Below are positions 28,432-37,885 of a stretch of 54,224 nt of DNA, one piece after another. Location of the stretch: the NCBI GenBank assembly GCA_040880145.1, contig JBBDIZ010000001.1, positions 1 through 54,224 on the forward strand, read 5' to 3'. Within the stretch, counting starts at the first letter, position 1, and every line of letters begins with the position of its first letter. The DNA is from Simkaniaceae bacterium (GTDB lineage Bacteria > Chlamydiota > Chlamydiia > Chlamydiales > JAJFMI01). Below the pieces are notes generated by a model, which saw only the letters and a list, made by a program, of their open reading frames with translations, had not been told where the DNA came from and did not search any database. A program made the position numbers and the translations under genes.

Positions 28432-29242
28432 GAAGTGCCTCTGAATTCAACTGGAGCTTTTCAAGCTGTTTCTTGGCAAGCTCCAACTCTTCAAAAAAAC
28501 AATCTTTTGCTTTTTCCACCCCCAAATGAATGGCCATATTCATACCCTCGCCCTTTTTGGAATCTTCAGAAAAATCACGAATATCATCTGAAATCTGAAA
28601 AGCCATGCCAAAGTGGTAGGCAAGCCTCTTAACCTCTTCAATTTTTTTAATATCCCCGGATCCAAAAAGCCAACCGAAAATGAAAGAAACCTCAAACAGC
28701 GTGACTGTTTTCAAATAGAGAACCTCTTTAATCCTGTCTAGATTCGCCTCAGGCGGGAAAATATCAAAAAATTGACCTTTGGTGGCTCCTTTGATTCCGG
28801 CGAGCTCAGAAGCCGTTTTAAGGGCTATTAAAGCGATTTGATCCTGCCCCCCTTTTAAGCTCTTTGAAGCATCATGTATTTTTTCAAATGCTTTTGTAAT
28901 CAATGCATAGGAAGAAAGAAGTGCGATGGGTTCTCCAAACTCTTGATGAAGGCTTTTTTTTCCTCTTCTCTCGTCGTCGTCATCCATGCAAGGCAGATCA
29001 TCGGCGATAAGGGAAGCGGTGTGAAAATATTCGACAGAAAGAGCGGCGTCCCAAGGAGCATCCGCTCCAAGTGCTTCAGCAACCAGCAAAACGATAAGGG
29101 GGCGAAAACGCTTTCCTTCACTTAAGAGCGCATAAGAGCAGGCTTTTTTTAAAGAAGTCTCTTCCCCAAAGCCGCAAAGGCTTTTTTGGAGACGGGCTTC
29201 GAATTCTTTTTTTCTTTTATTCAGGAAGAGTAAATTGCTCAT
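28352..29242 (-). CDS. ispA: Geranyl/farnesyl diphosphate synthase
   Basis: [37 protein letters not shown]. Confidence 0.93.
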   Translation of the reverse strand: MSNLLFLNKRKKEFEARLQKSLCGFGEETSLKKACSYALLSEGKRFRPLIVLLVAEALGADAPWDAALSVEYFHTASLIADDLPCMDDDDERRGKKSLHQEFGEPIALLSSYALITKAFEKIHDASKSLKGGQDQIALIALKTASELAGIKGATKGQFFDIFPPEANLDRIKEVLYLKTVTLFEVSFIFGWLFGSGDIKKIEEVKRLAYHFGMAFQISDDIRDFSEDSKKGEGMNMAIHLGVEKAKDCFFEELELAKKQLEKLQLNSEALLKIFSLLQKRLERVHPKGLISHDFSA

Positions 29243-29888
29243 GAAATGAAGGCTCCTTGGGCAGGAAGACGCCGTGAATCGATTCTAAAGCTTTTGAAGA
29301 ATATCCCGGGCCAAGCAAGGTTCCGGGGTTGATGACGCATTGGCATCCTATCTGAACCTGATCAGCAAGGATTGCGCCGAGTTTTATACGATTTGTTGGA
29401 ATTTTTTGCTGACCGATCCTAATTTCAATCGGTTTTTCATCAAGACGAACATTGGCACAGATCACACCTGCCCCTAAATTGACATTTGAGCCGAGTATCG
29501 AATCCCCTACATAGTTAAAATGCGGCGCTTTTGCGCCATCTAAAAGAATCGATCCTTTGATCTCACTTGCATGTCCAACCACACACCCATCTCCAATAAT
29601 CGAGTAAGCTCGAATGGAGGCGCCGTGACAAATTTTGCTATTTTTTCCAATTAAACAGGGACCCTCAATCTGAACTCCTGATTCAATAACAACTCCTTCA
29701 TCAATGGCAATTTGATCGGGATTCACTAGAGTTACGAAATGGCAAATCTCCACTTCAATTGTGCCTAAAACCAAAAGAGAGAGGTAACTCTCAATGTTGT
29801 CCAAAGCTTCCCAAACAAAACCCTTTTCAGAAAAAAGATCTTTATGTTCAAAAGCATCGAGGTTAAAAAAAGTTTTCCAGTTTAACAT
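29217..29888 (-). CDS. GlmU-related left-handed beta-helix acetyltransferase (chlamydial CT629-like, no uridyltransferase domain)
   Basis: Hexapeptide repeats, APHFNYVGDSILG..VNLGAG..CAN, KLGA. Confidence 0.85.
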   Translation of the reverse strand: MLNWKTFFNLDAFEHKDLFSEKGFVWEALDNIESYLSLLVLGTIEVEICHFVTLVNPDQIAIDEGVVIESGVQIEGPCLIGKNSKICHGASIRAYSIIGDGCVVGHASEIKGSILLDGAKAPHFNYVGDSILGSNVNLGAGVICANVRLDEKPIEIRIGQQKIPTNRIKLGAILADQVQIGCQCVINPGTLLGPGYSSKALESIHGVFLPKEPSFHEQFTLPE

Positions 29889-29894
29889 ATGAGC

Positions 29895-30125
29895 TTATCA
29901 TAGGGTTTTTGCACAATATCCACAATGACTATTGAAGAGTATTATTTATAAAAATAGAATAGTATCCTCTTCTTTAGGCGGTGTGGAAGTGTTGATAACC
30001 CTAGGATTTTAATTGGAAAAAAAGGTGTTGATAATCTGTTTAGAACTCGTTCAAAAAACCCCGGTTTTGAACAATCCCCGGTTTTGAACAAAGTTCCCGA
30101 CAAAAAATAGACAGAGTTATGATCA
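29895..30125. promoter_or_regulatory. DnaA-box cluster; probable chromosomal replication origin (oriC)
   Basis: TTTTGCACA 29907, ATATCCACA 29916, TGTGGAAGT 29982, TGTTGATAA 29990 and 30026, TTTTGAACA 30065 and 30082; AT-rich tract 29931-29965; skew and gene-strand switch nearby. Confidence 0.78.
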
Positions 30126-30393
30126 AGAAAAATCCCTTTGCATGCTCCTCTTGCCGGACTTATTTTAAAAGGATTTTTTGAGGGATTTGAGAAAAGATGG
30201 AAATCTGGAAATAAAAAAAAGAGGTGGGTTTTATGTACATTTGGATTTATTGGCTTTGCAATCGCATTAGGCTGGTTTCGTTAATTTTATTTCCTTTTTT
30301 CTGTTTTTCGAATAACAATAATCAAGCCTTCGATTCTTTCTATTCTTTTGGCGAATTTGAAAAGGCTGTAAGCGAATCAGATGATTTACAATT

Positions 30394-30660
30394 AAGTATC
30401 GAAATTTTCTTAACGTAAATAAACAGTCAATACGATATTGAAGATCATTTTGTTGATGTCACCGATATGATCGAAATTGGTAAAGGAGGTCAGCGGCAAG
30501 CTGTTGACGTGAGATTGTCTCGCTACGCTTGTTATTTGGTTGTGCAAAACGGTGATCCAACCAAGCCTGTTATTGCAAACGGTCAGACCTATTTTGCAAT
30601 CCAAACTCGTCGACAGGAGCTAGCTGATAATAAGGCTTTTCAACAGCTAAAAGAAGGTGA
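30394..30660 (+). pseudogene. dinD: DNA damage-inducible protein D (DinD) fragment
   Basis: KYRNFLNV, then after a frame break IEDHFVDVTDMIEIGKGGQR...RLSRYACYLVVQNGDP.KPVIA.GQTYFAIQTRRQE; truncated at the tRNA-Pro 3' end. Confidence 0.85.
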
Positions 30661-30667
30661 AAAAGAA

Positions 30668-30742
30668 TCTGGGTGAGAGGATTCGAACCTCCGACCCCTA
30701 GCACCCCATGCTAGTGCGCTGGCCAAGCTGCGCCACACCCAG
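30668..30742 (-). tRNA. tRNA-Pro (GGG)
   Basis: Acceptor CTGGGTG/CACCCAG, anticodon arm CTAGC-ATGGGGT-GCTAG, GGTTCGAATCC; CCA not encoded. Confidence 0.96.
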
Positions 30743-30748
30743 AAAAAA

Positions 30749-31003
30749 TTATATAGAAGCAATCCCCTCAAACGCAAACTCCGCATTTTGAAACTCTTTG
30801 ACCCCAATACGGGCACATTCTTCAATAATGGTCTCTAAGGTTTTGCCTGCGTCCATTTCCGCTGCGGAGAGATCAACAGAAATAGTCGCGTTAAATACAA
30901 CGCCGCGTCGAACGCCCTTCACTCGAAAATTGGCATAGATCGCCTCTTTTTTCTTAGAGACATTGCGGAACTTAACTTGATTGTTTTCGGCTAAATTATC
31001 CAT
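30749..31003 (-). CDS. Conserved chlamydial small protein (CT631-like)
   Basis: 84 aa with a GAAGAGGA RBS; recalled similarity to the small conserved chlamydial gene next to tRNA-Pro. Confidence 0.75.
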   Translation of the reverse strand: MDNLAENNQVKFRNVSKKKEAIYANFRVKGVRRGVVFNATISVDLSAAEMDAGKTLETIIEECARIGVKEFQNAEFAFEGIASI

Positions 31004-31103
31004 ATTTTCCTCTTCTTGAAACGAAAGAGAATAAAGAAAAAATAAGCTTCTGTCAAGCTAATTGCTGATAGACTTTGAGCTGCAACTTTGCTAAACTTTG
31101 TCC

Positions 31104-31778
31104 ATGATGCTTCCAAAAAATTGGCTTAATCAGCTCTCAGAAGAGATTGAAAAACCCTACATCAGCGATCTGAAAAATTTTTTAAAACGTGAAAGGGAGC
31201 AAGGTCTTGTCTATCCTTCAGAACAGGACGTTTTCAATGCTTTTCATTTTACGCCTTTTAAAGACGTTAAAGTAGTGATTATAGGCCAAGACCCCTACCA
31301 TGGTCCCAATCAAGCGCACGGGCTCTCCTTTAGCGTTGAAAAAGGAATTTCTCCTCCGCCTTCTCTAAAAAATATTTACAAGGAATTGAAAACAGATCTT
31401 AATATCGATCCTCCTTGTCATGGCTCTTTGCTAAAATGGGCAAAAGAAGGGGTCTTGCTACTCAATGCAACATTAACGGTTAAAGCATCTCTTGCAAAAT
31501 CGCATCACGGAAAAGGATGGGAGCGGTTTACCGATGCTGTGATTGAAAAACTATTTGCACGAGAAGATCCGATTGTTTTTCTCTTGTGGGGGCAAAGCGC
31601 TAAAGAAAAATGTGAACGAATTTTTAATTTAAAAAAAACACCTCATAGTATTTTAAAAGCAGCTCATCCCTCCCCTCTTTCAGCCTATAAGGGTTTTTTT
31701 GGATGTAAACACTTTTCTAAAACAAATGATTTTTTAAAGTCTTGGGATAGATCTCCGATAGATTGGGATTTATTATAG
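31104..31778 (+). CDS. ung: Uracil-DNA glycosylase
   Basis: GQDPYHGPNQAHGLSFS, PPSL.NI, GVLLLN, HPSPLS. Confidence 0.97.
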   Translation: MMLPKNWLNQLSEEIEKPYISDLKNFLKREREQGLVYPSEQDVFNAFHFTPFKDVKVVIIGQDPYHGPNQAHGLSFSVEKGISPPPSLKNIYKELKTDLNIDPPCHGSLLKWAKEGVLLLNATLTVKASLAKSHHGKGWERFTDAVIEKLFAREDPIVFLLWGQSAKEKCERIFNLKKTPHSILKAAHPSPLSAYKGFFGCKHFSKTNDFLKSWDRSPIDWDLL

Positions 31779-31850
31779 TAATAAATAGTTGTGTTTTTAG
31801 TTTATTGTTTTTTGTGATACAATATTACTGTTGTAACAATATATGTAATT

Positions 31851-32240
31851 ATGGATTATAAACACTTCTTGGAATTATTAATACAGCTTCGATCGGGCTC
31901 CTCAGCAACCCTGATTATTGAAGAGGTTCTTTTAGAAATTAAAGTTGATAAAAGTAGAAGAAAAGCTGTGATTTCATGTTGCGTTTTTTCGGGACAGGGG
32001 CATTTTCCTGTATTTATAAAAGACCTTCTTACTTCTTCTCAAAATTTATCTTGGAGTGATAGGGGGCCCTATCTAAAAGCTGATCAAGATAGTGGAATTC
32101 TTTACTTAAAAAATGAGATCGAATTTGCATTGAAATATGTTTATCTAAAGAGCGTTGTGCGCGAGTTTTTAATAGACGCTCAAAATTGGCAGCGGTTTTT
32201 TCATCTGCACCAGGCAAAAGCAAGCTTTCTTTTTTCTTGA
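31851..32240 (+). CDS. Hypothetical protein, possible CesT/YbjN-like chaperone fold
   Basis: 129 aa with an alpha-beta3-alpha-beta2-alpha-like pattern and C-terminal amphipathic helix VVREFLIDAQNW. Confidence 0.5.
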   Translation: MDYKHFLELLIQLRSGSSATLIIEEVLLEIKVDKSRRKAVISCCVFSGQGHFPVFIKDLLTSSQNLSWSDRGPYLKADQDSGILYLKNEIEFALKYVYLKSVVREFLIDAQNWQRFFHLHQAKASFLFS

Positions 32241-32276
32241 AAAATCAATAGAATCATCGGAAAAAGGACGCATACT

Positions 32277-33125
32277 ATGTTTTCAGGATCCCTTGTTGCT
32301 TTAATTACCCCCTTTACATCTGAAAATCAAGTTGATGAAGAAGCATTGAGAAATTTAATCCATTTTCACAAAGAAAGCGGAACGGATGGTCTTGTAGTTC
32401 TCGGTACTACCGGAGAGCATCTTTCGCTTACAGAAGATGAAAAGTGGCGAGTTGTGAAGCTTGTATCGGAAGAGGTGAAAAAAAGCCTTCCCGTGATTGT
32501 GAATTGCGGCGAGCCTTCAACCGACAAGACAATTGCAAATGTTCGAAGAGCAAAAGCAATGGGTGCGGATGGGGTATTAATTGTAGTTCCGTATTACATT
32601 AAGCCCTGCGAAGAGGGTATTTTCAGCCACTACCAAGCAATTTCGAGAGAGGGCATTCCGATTATTGTCTATCATCATCCGGGTAGAACAGGAGTCAAAC
32701 TCTCAAGTCTTTTACTTGCTCAGATTACGGCTTTGCCTAATATGGTTGGGATAAAAGAGGCTTCGCAGGATATTCAATTTGTAAAAGAGTTGCTTTTGAA
32801 ATGTAAAACGGATTTACATTCCGGAGACGATCCTTTAACCCTTGAACTCATGAAAATGGGGGCTGAGGGGACTATATCTGTAATGGCGAATTTAATCCCT
32901 AAAGAGTGGCGGGAGATCGTAAAGACAAAAAATGAGGAATTATTTCGATCATTTCTTCCGTTGATTGATTCGATATTTTGCGTCACAAATCCAATTGGAA
33001 TTAAATATGCTATGAGTTTAAGGGGGCTTGCTAAGCCCTATCTAAGGCTTCCTCTTATGGTTCCCTCGATCCAAATAAAGGAGCACATTCAAAAGGAAAT
33101 GGATTTACTCTTATACCAAAAATGA
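32277..33125 (+). CDS. dapA: 4-hydroxy-tetrahydrodipicolinate synthase
   Basis: ALITPF, GTTGE, PYY, Y..PGRTG, GIKEAS, SGDD, NPI.IK. Confidence 0.95.
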   Translation: MFSGSLVALITPFTSENQVDEEALRNLIHFHKESGTDGLVVLGTTGEHLSLTEDEKWRVVKLVSEEVKKSLPVIVNCGEPSTDKTIANVRRAKAMGADGVLIVVPYYIKPCEEGIFSHYQAISREGIPIIVYHHPGRTGVKLSSLLLAQITALPNMVGIKEASQDIQFVKELLLKCKTDLHSGDDPLTLELMKMGAEGTISVMANLIPKEWREIVKTKNEELFRSFLPLIDSIFCVTNPIGIKYAMSLRGLAKPYLRLPLMVPSIQIKEHIQKEMDLLLYQK

Positions 33126-33242
33126 TTTTCAATCATTTGCACTACAATGATTTAGGTTGATATAGGGTAATTAAAATCTTACTATCATTTAATTATATTT
33201 AATAATCGTGTATTATATTAAATAAACATCAATAGTAATTTA

Positions 33243-34436
33243 ATGGAAATTGGTAAGATTTTTGTTTGGACAGATCAATGCTGTGATTATGTCCCTATTT
33301 TAAGTTGCGTGACGAATCTAGTCGATTTAATTCAAAAAATTAGTATCGATTTATTTGTTGATCAAAGTACGGTTGATCAAAGCCGCTATTATACTCATAT
33401 TCAAGAGAAAACCTACAAGAGGTGCTTTTCTCTGATCTTTCTATTCTTCCTTGGGAACTTGATCTTTGCTATTTATGACTTTATGCATAGAAATGAGGAT
33501 TTTGCTCCTCCAGCTGTGGATAATATGACATGTCGAAACCCGCCAATAACTTCAGAAGAAATGGAGGAAGCAAATAAACAGGCTGTTATCTGTAATTCTA
33601 AAAATGTTTGCGAATTTAAGCCTTCTCCTGAGGATGGGAATAAAAACCTAAATAATTATAATATCAATGAGGACAGGGTCTTTCAACCCTATTTATTTAA
33701 AATTAAATTGGATTTAAATCAATTGATCAGAGTGCCGTCTTCTTTTAAGAAAAATCATAAATTTATGTTGGAAGCTGTAAAAATAAATGATAAATCGATT
33801 CTCTATGCTTCGAATGATCTTAAAAACAGCAAAAAGTTTATGTTAGCGGCGGCAGAAATTAACTATTTAACGCTTTTTCATGCATCTTATAGGCTCTTAA
33901 ATGATGATGATTTTATGTTAAAAGCTGTAAAAATAGACTACAAAACCTTTTCTAGTGCTTCTTATGATTTAAAAAAATGCAAGGCTTTTGTCTTTAATGC
34001 GCTGGATATTGATTATCGCGTTCTGAGTTACATCACTCAGGATCTTTCTAAAGATCAAAACTATATGTTAGATGTAGCAAGTATGGACTACCGCGCTCTT
34101 GAATATGCCTCCGATGAATTCAAAAATTCGGAAGAGTTGATGCTAAAAGTAATAAAAAAAGATTATCGAGCCATTGCCTTTGTGCCTTATTGGATGATTC
34201 ACAGATCAAGTTTTCTATTTAAAGCTGTTGAAAAGGACTATCGAATTCTTGAACACCCAGACATAAAGAAGCATCGTGCAAATTGGCTTTTTATGGAAGA
34301 AGCCATAAAAATCAACTATCGATCTTTTAAATATATTTCTCAAAGCCTTAAGTCTAATTCGTATTTTATAGAAAGAGCCTTAGAAATTAACGACCGTATT
34401 TCCTCACTCAATTATCTGGGTTTACAAGTGAAATGA
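33243..34436 (+). CDS. DUF4116-type helical repeat protein (putative effector)
   Basis: About eight 25-aa repeats (K.FML.AVK.DY.AL.YAS..LKN) after a hydrophobic N-terminal module; AT-rich. Confidence 0.8.
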   Translation: MEIGKIFVWTDQCCDYVPILSCVTNLVDLIQKISIDLFVDQSTVDQSRYYTHIQEKTYKRCFSLIFLFFLGNLIFAIYDFMHRNEDFAPPAVDNMTCRNPPITSEEMEEANKQAVICNSKNVCEFKPSPEDGNKNLNNYNINEDRVFQPYLFKIKLDLNQLIRVPSSFKKNHKFMLEAVKINDKSILYASNDLKNSKKFMLAAAEINYLTLFHASYRLLNDDDFMLKAVKIDYKTFSSASYDLKKCKAFVFNALDIDYRVLSYITQDLSKDQNYMLDVASMDYRALEYASDEFKNSEELMLKVIKKDYRAIAFVPYWMIHRSSFLFKAVEKDYRILEHPDIKKHRANWLFMEEAIKINYRSFKYISQSLKSNSYFIERALEINDRISSLNYLGLQVK

Positions 34437-35148
34437 TTTGTGAGAGAGTTCGGTTCAGCTCTCTTTGTTCTTCTTCGGTGGGCTTAAAGTGGCCTGCTTG
34501 AATTTTTTCCAAAATTTTCTTCAAGGAGGTTGAGGTCATTTTGGCTAAGTTTGTTTTTCGTCTGTCTTTTTTTGCCAGGGGAAAGAGCTTTCTTATTTTC
34601 TCTAAGCAAATAGGTTTAGTTTCACCTTGGTATTCTTCGATAAACTGCTCTTTCTTTTCAAATGCACCCTCTCTCGACGCTAAGGTATAAATTGCTTGTT
34701 TAGGTATTTTATCGATTTTTTCTCGAAATGAATGGGAAAGTGTTAGATAGAATTCATAGTACTGCAGAAAGTTATAAGGAGTCTGGCGGTTTCCGTATGT
34801 CATGATGAGCCAAGCTGAAAAGGCGCCTTCTTTATAGCGCTTTAAAACATCTTGAGCCTTTTTAATGCGTTCCCCATGCAAAATGATAGCTTGATTATTG
34901 ATAGCCTTTAATTCTGACGTAATGAGTGATAAGGCGCTGAGATCTTGATTTTGAAGGCTTTTTTTTGTGTTATATTGAATGAGGAGCTCTTCTATATGCT
35001 TCTGCTCGTCATTTGATAGAGGCTTAACCTTGAATACCCCGGAGAATCCGGAGAGCTGGCCATGGCTGGAGCGCTTGGCAAGCTCGTTCATTTTTGCCGT
35101 TTTATCGCTTTTAAAACGTTTGTCTAAAAGACTGGAAACATTGCTCAT
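34408..35148 (-). CDS. Chlamydial pGP6-D/CT583 family protein
   Basis: ELKAINNQAIILHGERIKKAQ, YKEGAFSAWL..YGNRQTPYNFLQYYE, IYTLASR. Confidence 0.9.
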   Translation of the reverse strand: MSNVSSLLDKRFKSDKTAKMNELAKRSSHGQLSGFSGVFKVKPLSNDEQKHIEELLIQYNTKKSLQNQDLSALSLITSELKAINNQAIILHGERIKKAQDVLKRYKEGAFSAWLIMTYGNRQTPYNFLQYYEFYLTLSHSFREKIDKIPKQAIYTLASREGAFEKKEQFIEEYQGETKPICLEKIRKLFPLAKKDRRKTNLAKMTSTSLKKILEKIQAGHFKPTEEEQRELNRTLSQIISLVNPDN

Positions 35149-35170
35149 AGAAATCCATTGTAAATCTGCT

Positions 35171-35923
35171 TTACATTCGTTTTAGCAATTCTCGGGTTAT
35201 TTTTCTATAATCTTCTGAACCGCGGGATTCCGGAGAGGTGTCGAAAACGGGCTTCCCATGGATGCTGGCATCTGATATTTCGATGCAGCGCCTTAGTTTT
35301 GTCTTGCATAGTTTTTCTGGAAAGGTATTTTCAATGAGCTTGACAAATGCTTTGTTGCTCTTGCCTCTCTCATTCCAAAAAGAGAGGATAACGCCTGTAA
35401 CATTGAAAGGGTGTCTTGAATGAATTTGTTCCATAAAAAGCTTTAAACGCTCAAGTCCTTTAATGCTGTAAAACTCAGGTGTTGCAGAAATAATACATTC
35501 ATTGGCTGCGATTAAAGCGGACTCAGTCAACCAGCTTAGAGAGGGGGGCGTATCGATAATGACAAAATCGTAAGATAAATTTTGAAGAATGTTTTTGAGT
35601 TTTTCATGAGAGTAGCGATCATTGGCGAGCTCTCCTGTAACTTCAACGCGTTCTAAAAAACTATCTGCAGGGATCAAATCCAGATTTTTAATCTCTGTTT
35701 TTAAAATGACTTCATCGATTGTTTTTTCGTTTTGTAAAACAGACGCTAAACTATCGTGGGTATCGGGGTCGAAGCCGAGGCCTGCCGTTAAATTAGCTTG
35801 ACTGTCAAAATCAATGAGGAGCACTTTTTTTTTATGAAATTTAGCTAAAGCAGAAGCGATATGAAGTGAGTTTGAGGTTTTGGCTGTTCCGCCTTTAAAA
35901 CTGCTTATCGCTAGAATTTTCAT
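35171..35923 (-). CDS. parA: ParA/MinD family ATPase (CT582/pGP5-like)
   Basis: Deviant Walker A SFKGGTAKT, LIDFDSQANLT, IDTPPS. Confidence 0.9.
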   Translation of the reverse strand: MKILAISSFKGGTAKTSNSLHIASALAKFHKKKVLLIDFDSQANLTAGLGFDPDTHDSLASVLQNEKTIDEVILKTEIKNLDLIPADSFLERVEVTGELANDRYSHEKLKNILQNLSYDFVIIDTPPSLSWLTESALIAANECIISATPEFYSIKGLERLKLFMEQIHSRHPFNVTGVILSFWNERGKSNKAFVKLIENTFPEKLCKTKLRRCIEISDASIHGKPVFDTSPESRGSEDYRKITRELLKRM

Positions 35924-37839
35924 ATTGGTTCCTTGAAGATAGGGGAATTCATACGGCTCTGTTTCTCTTTTTGGATTTTTTCGATGAAATTTTCAAGTGA
36001 GATTTCACCATAGACGTAATTTTCACGGGTTCTAAGGGAGATCATGCCTTGATCACTTTCGTTATCTCCAACGCAAAGTATGTAGTTCACTTGCATCAGT
36101 TGTGCGTTTCGCACTTTTTTATTAACGGATTCACTTTGTGCATCGATTTCTACTGAAAATCCAGCAGAGGTGAGTTTCTGAGCCACTTTTTCAGCATAGT
36201 CTCGGTGACGGTCGGCAACCGTCAAAATACGAAGAGGGCGAGGGGAGAGCCATAGAGGGAATCGCCCGGCAAAATGCTCGATTAAGATACCAAAAAAGCG
36301 TTCCACAGAACCGAATATGGCTCGGTGAATCATAATGGGGCGTTTATGTTCGCCATCACTGTCCATAAAGGTTAAATCAAATTTTTCCGGAAGAGACATG
36401 TCGAGCTGAATGGTTCCACATTGCCAAGAGCGATTTAAGGCATCCGTAATGTGGATATCGATTTTAGGGCCGTAGAAGGCGCCATCGCCTTCATTGATCG
36501 CAAAGGGTTTGTGCCACTCTTGCAGGGCCTCCTGAAGCCCGGTAAGGGCTAAATCCCATTCCCTATCCGTTCCAATCGACTTTTCCGGTCGGGTAGAAAG
36601 CTCCAATTTATAATCGAGATCAAACGCAGAGTAGCTTTTATCGACAAGCTCTAAGACCTTTAAGATTTCTTCTTTTATCTGATCCGCCTTCATAAAAATG
36701 TGCGCATCATCTTGATGAAAGCTTCTCACTCTAAAGAGCCCATGGATGGCTCCAGAGGGTTCGTTGCGGTGAACATGACCGAGTTCTGCGACCCGAAAGG
36801 GAAGATCGCGGTAACTATGTGTGCTTGTTTTGTAAAAAAGCATACAGCCCGGACAGTTCATCGGCTTAATTGCAAAGGTGCGCTTTTCAATTTCGGAGAG
36901 ATACATATTTTCATGATAGAAATCCCAGTGACCTGAAAGCTCCCAAAGTTCTTTGCTCATCAATTGCGGCGTTTTGATCTCAACATACCCTTCGCTTTGA
37001 TGAAGTTCACGCCAAAATTGAATCAATTGATTCCAAATGACCATGCCGCTTGGATGCATAAAAGGCATTCCCGGAGCGAGTTCATTTAAAGAAAAGAGAT
37101 CGAGCCTTGTGCCCAAAAGCTTGTGGTCGCGTTTTTTGGCTTCTTCGATGCGAACGAGATACTCTTTGAGTAAAGTGCGGTCTGGGAAAGAGATGGCGTA
37201 GATGCGGGTGAGCATCTCATTTTGACTATCGCCTCTCCAGTAAGCCCCTGAGGTTTTTAAAATTTTAAAAGCTTTGATTTTGCCGGTATTGGGGAGGTGG
37301 GGGCCTCGACAAAGATCGAAAAATTCGCCTTGATGGTATCCTGAGAGGGGACTGCCTTCTTCAAATGATTCGATCAACCTGCATTTATAGGGATTTTCTT
37401 TCCAAATATTGAGGGCTTCTTTTCGACTTGGAATCTCTTCGCGTTTTATTTTAAAGTTTTCTTTTATAATTTTTTGAACTTCTTTCTCAATTTTTGGAAA
37501 GTCTTCTTCAGAAAGGGTTAGATTCGCAAAATCATAGTAAAATCCCTCTTTAATCGGCGGACCGATTGTAGGTTTTGCTTCCGGATAGAGACGAAGAATG
37601 GCTTGAGCGAGGATATGGGCGGATGAGTGCCAAAAAATTTCTTTTCCTTGTTCACTTTCAAAATCGATAAAATCAATTTGGTCATTTTCTTTTAGAGAGT
37701 GGCTTAAATCGACAGCTTTTCCATTTATATTCGCCGCTAAGGCTTGATCCGGGGAGCGTAAATTCAAATGATCAGCAAGATCTTTAGCAGAAGAACCTTC
37801 TGGAAGTTCAATTTGAGACTCTTTATGATGAATCATCAT
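35920..37839 (-). CDS. thrS: Threonine--tRNA ligase
   Basis: TGS domain, HSSAH, DLCRGPH, KPMNCP, FYGPKID, IHRAIFGSVERF. Confidence 0.98.
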   Translation of the reverse strand: MMIHHKESQIELPEGSSAKDLADHLNLRSPDQALAANINGKAVDLSHSLKENDQIDFIDFESEQGKEIFWHSSAHILAQAILRLYPEAKPTIGPPIKEGFYYDFANLTLSEEDFPKIEKEVQKIIKENFKIKREEIPSRKEALNIWKENPYKCRLIESFEEGSPLSGYHQGEFFDLCRGPHLPNTGKIKAFKILKTSGAYWRGDSQNEMLTRIYAISFPDRTLLKEYLVRIEEAKKRDHKLLGTRLDLFSLNELAPGMPFMHPSGMVIWNQLIQFWRELHQSEGYVEIKTPQLMSKELWELSGHWDFYHENMYLSEIEKRTFAIKPMNCPGCMLFYKTSTHSYRDLPFRVAELGHVHRNEPSGAIHGLFRVRSFHQDDAHIFMKADQIKEEILKVLELVDKSYSAFDLDYKLELSTRPEKSIGTDREWDLALTGLQEALQEWHKPFAINEGDGAFYGPKIDIHITDALNRSWQCGTIQLDMSLPEKFDLTFMDSDGEHKRPIMIHRAIFGSVERFFGILIEHFAGRFPLWLSPRPLRILTVADRHRDYAEKVAQKLTSAGFSVEIDAQSESVNKKVRNAQLMQVNYILCVGDNESDQGMISLRTRENYVYGEISLENFIEKIQKEKQSRMNSPIFKEPI

Positions 37840-37885
37840 TTGTATGGCCTTTTAGGGTCCGATTATAAGAAAAAAGAGGATAAAT

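Noticed and set aside
30224..30825. Short ORFs 30224-30418, 30410-30604 and 30640-30825
   Set aside because: Low-complexity or antisense shadows of the dinD fragment and tRNA-Pro.
34408..35923. Integrated chlamydial plasmid (pGP5/pGP6 homologs)
   Set aside because: thrS-parA-pGP6-D is a conserved chromosomal arrangement in Chlamydiae, and no plasmid integrase, helicase or iterons are present.
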